Origin: Chiloscyllium plagiosum
Lineage: Eukaryota
Direction: 5' to 3'
Assembly: GCF_004010195.1 (NCBI RefSeq)
Contig: NC_057720.1
Span: 16,624,095-16,688,094, forward strand
Length of the DNA stretch: 64,000 nucleotides
This document shows, one piece after another, positions 62,061 through 64,000 of the stretch; position 1 is the first letter of the stretch, and every line of letters starts with the position of its first letter. Both the position numbers and the translations under genes were made by a program. Under the pieces are notes generated by a model that ran no database searches, had not been told where the DNA came from, and saw nothing but the letters and a program-made list of their open reading frames with translations.

Positions 62061-62613
62061 AAAATTCTATTGTAGTCAATGGCTCCCTTCATTCTTTTAT
62101 GCTTTTACTTTTCTAAGATGTGTGAGTCCAAAGAAATGAAAAAATACCCCATAATAATCGACGTATACAACATTCATTGCAGAGAAATCTGAAGATCAGC
62201 AATGAACATAGTTCCAGTTTTGAGTACTTCACATACCAAAAAGCTCTTTCTTGATGATATCAGGATTCAAGAAATATTTAAATAGAGAGTCATTTGTCTT
62301 AACTGTTAATCAAATTCACTTTTTATCTCTGGGTAAGCAGATGTACCGATATTTTATATTGTATAAAGTTATGTATGTGACACACTAAGCTAAAAGAATT
62401 GTTCTAATACTGTGACAGGAAACTTATTAATCAAGAAAAGACAAGTTGGAAGATAGCTCCAGCTCCATCCATTTCTGAAATACCTGCAGCTCATGACTTA
62501 CAGAGAGATCTTGAAAGATTAAGATCTTCAGGTATTAGTTTAACGTTTCAAACAGTTTTTGTTCACAGTTTGTGCGAAGATTTGTAACTCGTTTCAAACA
62601 GTTTTTGTTCACA

Positions 62614-63040
62614 GTTTGTGCGAAGATTTGTAACTCAGGTGCTCGTTGTTGTGGTTCTGTTCGCCGAGCTGGGAATTTGAGTTGCAGACGTTTCGTCCCC
62701 TGTCTAGTGCTTGGGAGCCTCCTGTGAAGCGCTTCTGTGATCTTTCCTCCAGCATTTGTAGTGGTTTGAATCTGCCGCTTCCGTTTTTCGGTTCCAGCTG
62801 TCCGCTGTAGTGGTCGGTATATTGGGTCCAGGTCAATGTGCTTATTGATTGAGTCTGTATTGATTCCAAAGGACAGCTGGAACTGACAACCGGAAGCGGC
62901 AGATTCAAACCACTACAAATGCCGGAGGAAAGATCACAGAAGCGCTTCACAGGAGGCTCCCAAGCACTGAGGATGTCACCGAGACAGCGGACGAAACGCC
63001 GGCACCAGAAATTCCCAGCTCGGCGAACAGAACCACAACA
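62614..63040. mobile_element. Young Penelope-like inverted hairpin insertion
   Basis: Inverted arms of about 150 bp; SINKHIDLDPIYRPL ORF end on the minus strand; TSD G(T/C)TTTTGTTCACA (62601-62613 and 63041-63053); CTGAGGA..GACGAAAC core near 62967. Confidence 0.9.
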
Positions 63041-63229
63041 GCTTTTGTTCACATGTGTAACTATTTTAAAGGATTTTTAACCACCTCTATAGGTTTTTTC
63101 CCCTTGTTTTACTTTACTTATTTTATTAATCATTTTGCAGTGTTAATCCCACATTCTTTGACTATTTTGGAGCAGAAGTCATGAAAGCCAATCATTCAAA
63201 CATCAATTTGATCCTATAGCTGGAATAAG

Positions 63230-63530
63230 GGGAGGCGATGGTCTAGTGGAATTATTGGTAGATTATTAATCCAGAAACTCAGCTAATATTCTGTGGACCT
63301 GGGTTCGAATCCTACCATGGCAGGTGGTAAAACTTAAACTCAGTTAAAATATCTGGAATCAAGAATCTACTGATGACCATAAAACCATTGTCTATGTTCT
63401 ATGATTATCAGGAAAAAGCATTCAATTGTCCTTCAGGGATGGAAATCTGCAAACCTCATCTGCCCTGGCATACATGTGACTCCAGACCCACAGCAATGTG
63501 GTTGACTCTTAACTGCCCTCTGAAAAGTCT
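63230..63530 (+). mobile_element. Deu-type (SacSINE1-like) SINE
   Basis: TGGTCTAGTGG A box, GGTTCGAATCC B box, GACTCCAGACCCACAGCAATGTGG body. Confidence 0.8.
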
Positions 63531-63569
63531 TAGTAAGTTACTCACTTGTATCAGTCATGTTGAAGACTT

Positions 63570-64000
63570 AACAAAGACATGAAAATGGATGGACCACCTG
63601 GCATATCTGACACCCGGCATTGATCTAGGCACCGGAAAAGACAATGGCAGAATCAGCTCTGTCGATGCAAAGTCCTCTTTGCAAACATCTGGGGGCTACT
63701 GCCAAACTTGCAAAAGCTGTCTTTCAGACTAGAGTCAAACAACAGCCTAACATCGTCATACTCTAAGAATTGTACCTGACAGATAATGTCTCAGACACCA
63801 CTATCACCCTCCCTGGATATGTCTTGTCCCACTGGCAGAAGTGGCAGCAGAGTGATACACAATTGAGAGGAAGTTGCCCTAGAAGTCCTCAGCATTGACT
63901 CTGGACTCCATGAAGGCTCATGGCTTTGGGATAAATGTGGGCAAGCAAACCTCTTACTAATAACCATATACCGTTCTCCCTCAGCTGATAAGTCAGTGCT
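63570..64000 (+). mobile_element. LINE endonuclease-region fragment, runs off the window
   Basis: QQPNIVIL*ELYLTDNVSDTTITLPGYVLSHWQ..HEGSW..LLLITIYRSPS fits an APE domain. Confidence 0.65.

Noticed and set aside
62118..62331. Splice-flanked segment as a coding exon
   Set aside because: Stops occur in all three frames and nothing is recognisable; at most non-coding.

Overview
Repeat-dense vertebrate DNA with no prokaryotic features. It is most likely from a cartilaginous fish (shark), inferred from HE1-type V-SINEs, young CR1 LINE ends and Deu-type SINEs. I recognise no intact host protein-coding gene, and nearly all listed ORFs are fragments or antisense shadows of transposons. The main contents are: an old Gmr1-like Gypsy provirus with integrase before RT (about 14.9-26.4 kb) carrying many nested inserts, including a Mag/K02A2.6-like Gypsy; a decayed GalEa-like Ty1/Copia pol (28.6-31.4 kb); a Harbinger transposase relic; a Tx1-like LINE; Rex1, RTE and CR1 fragments; and a young solo LTR. 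Many Penelope-like ends are also present, inserted as TSD-flanked inverted hairpins that carry minimal hammerhead-ribozyme cores. Two insertions appear to be copied from nearby DNA. A CpG-rich promoter-like patch at about 52.6-52.8 kb is followed by exon-like segments of an unidentified transcript. There are two assembly gaps. All family calls rest on manual translation and motif recognition, identities are by-eye estimates, and element boundaries are approximate unless a TSD is given.
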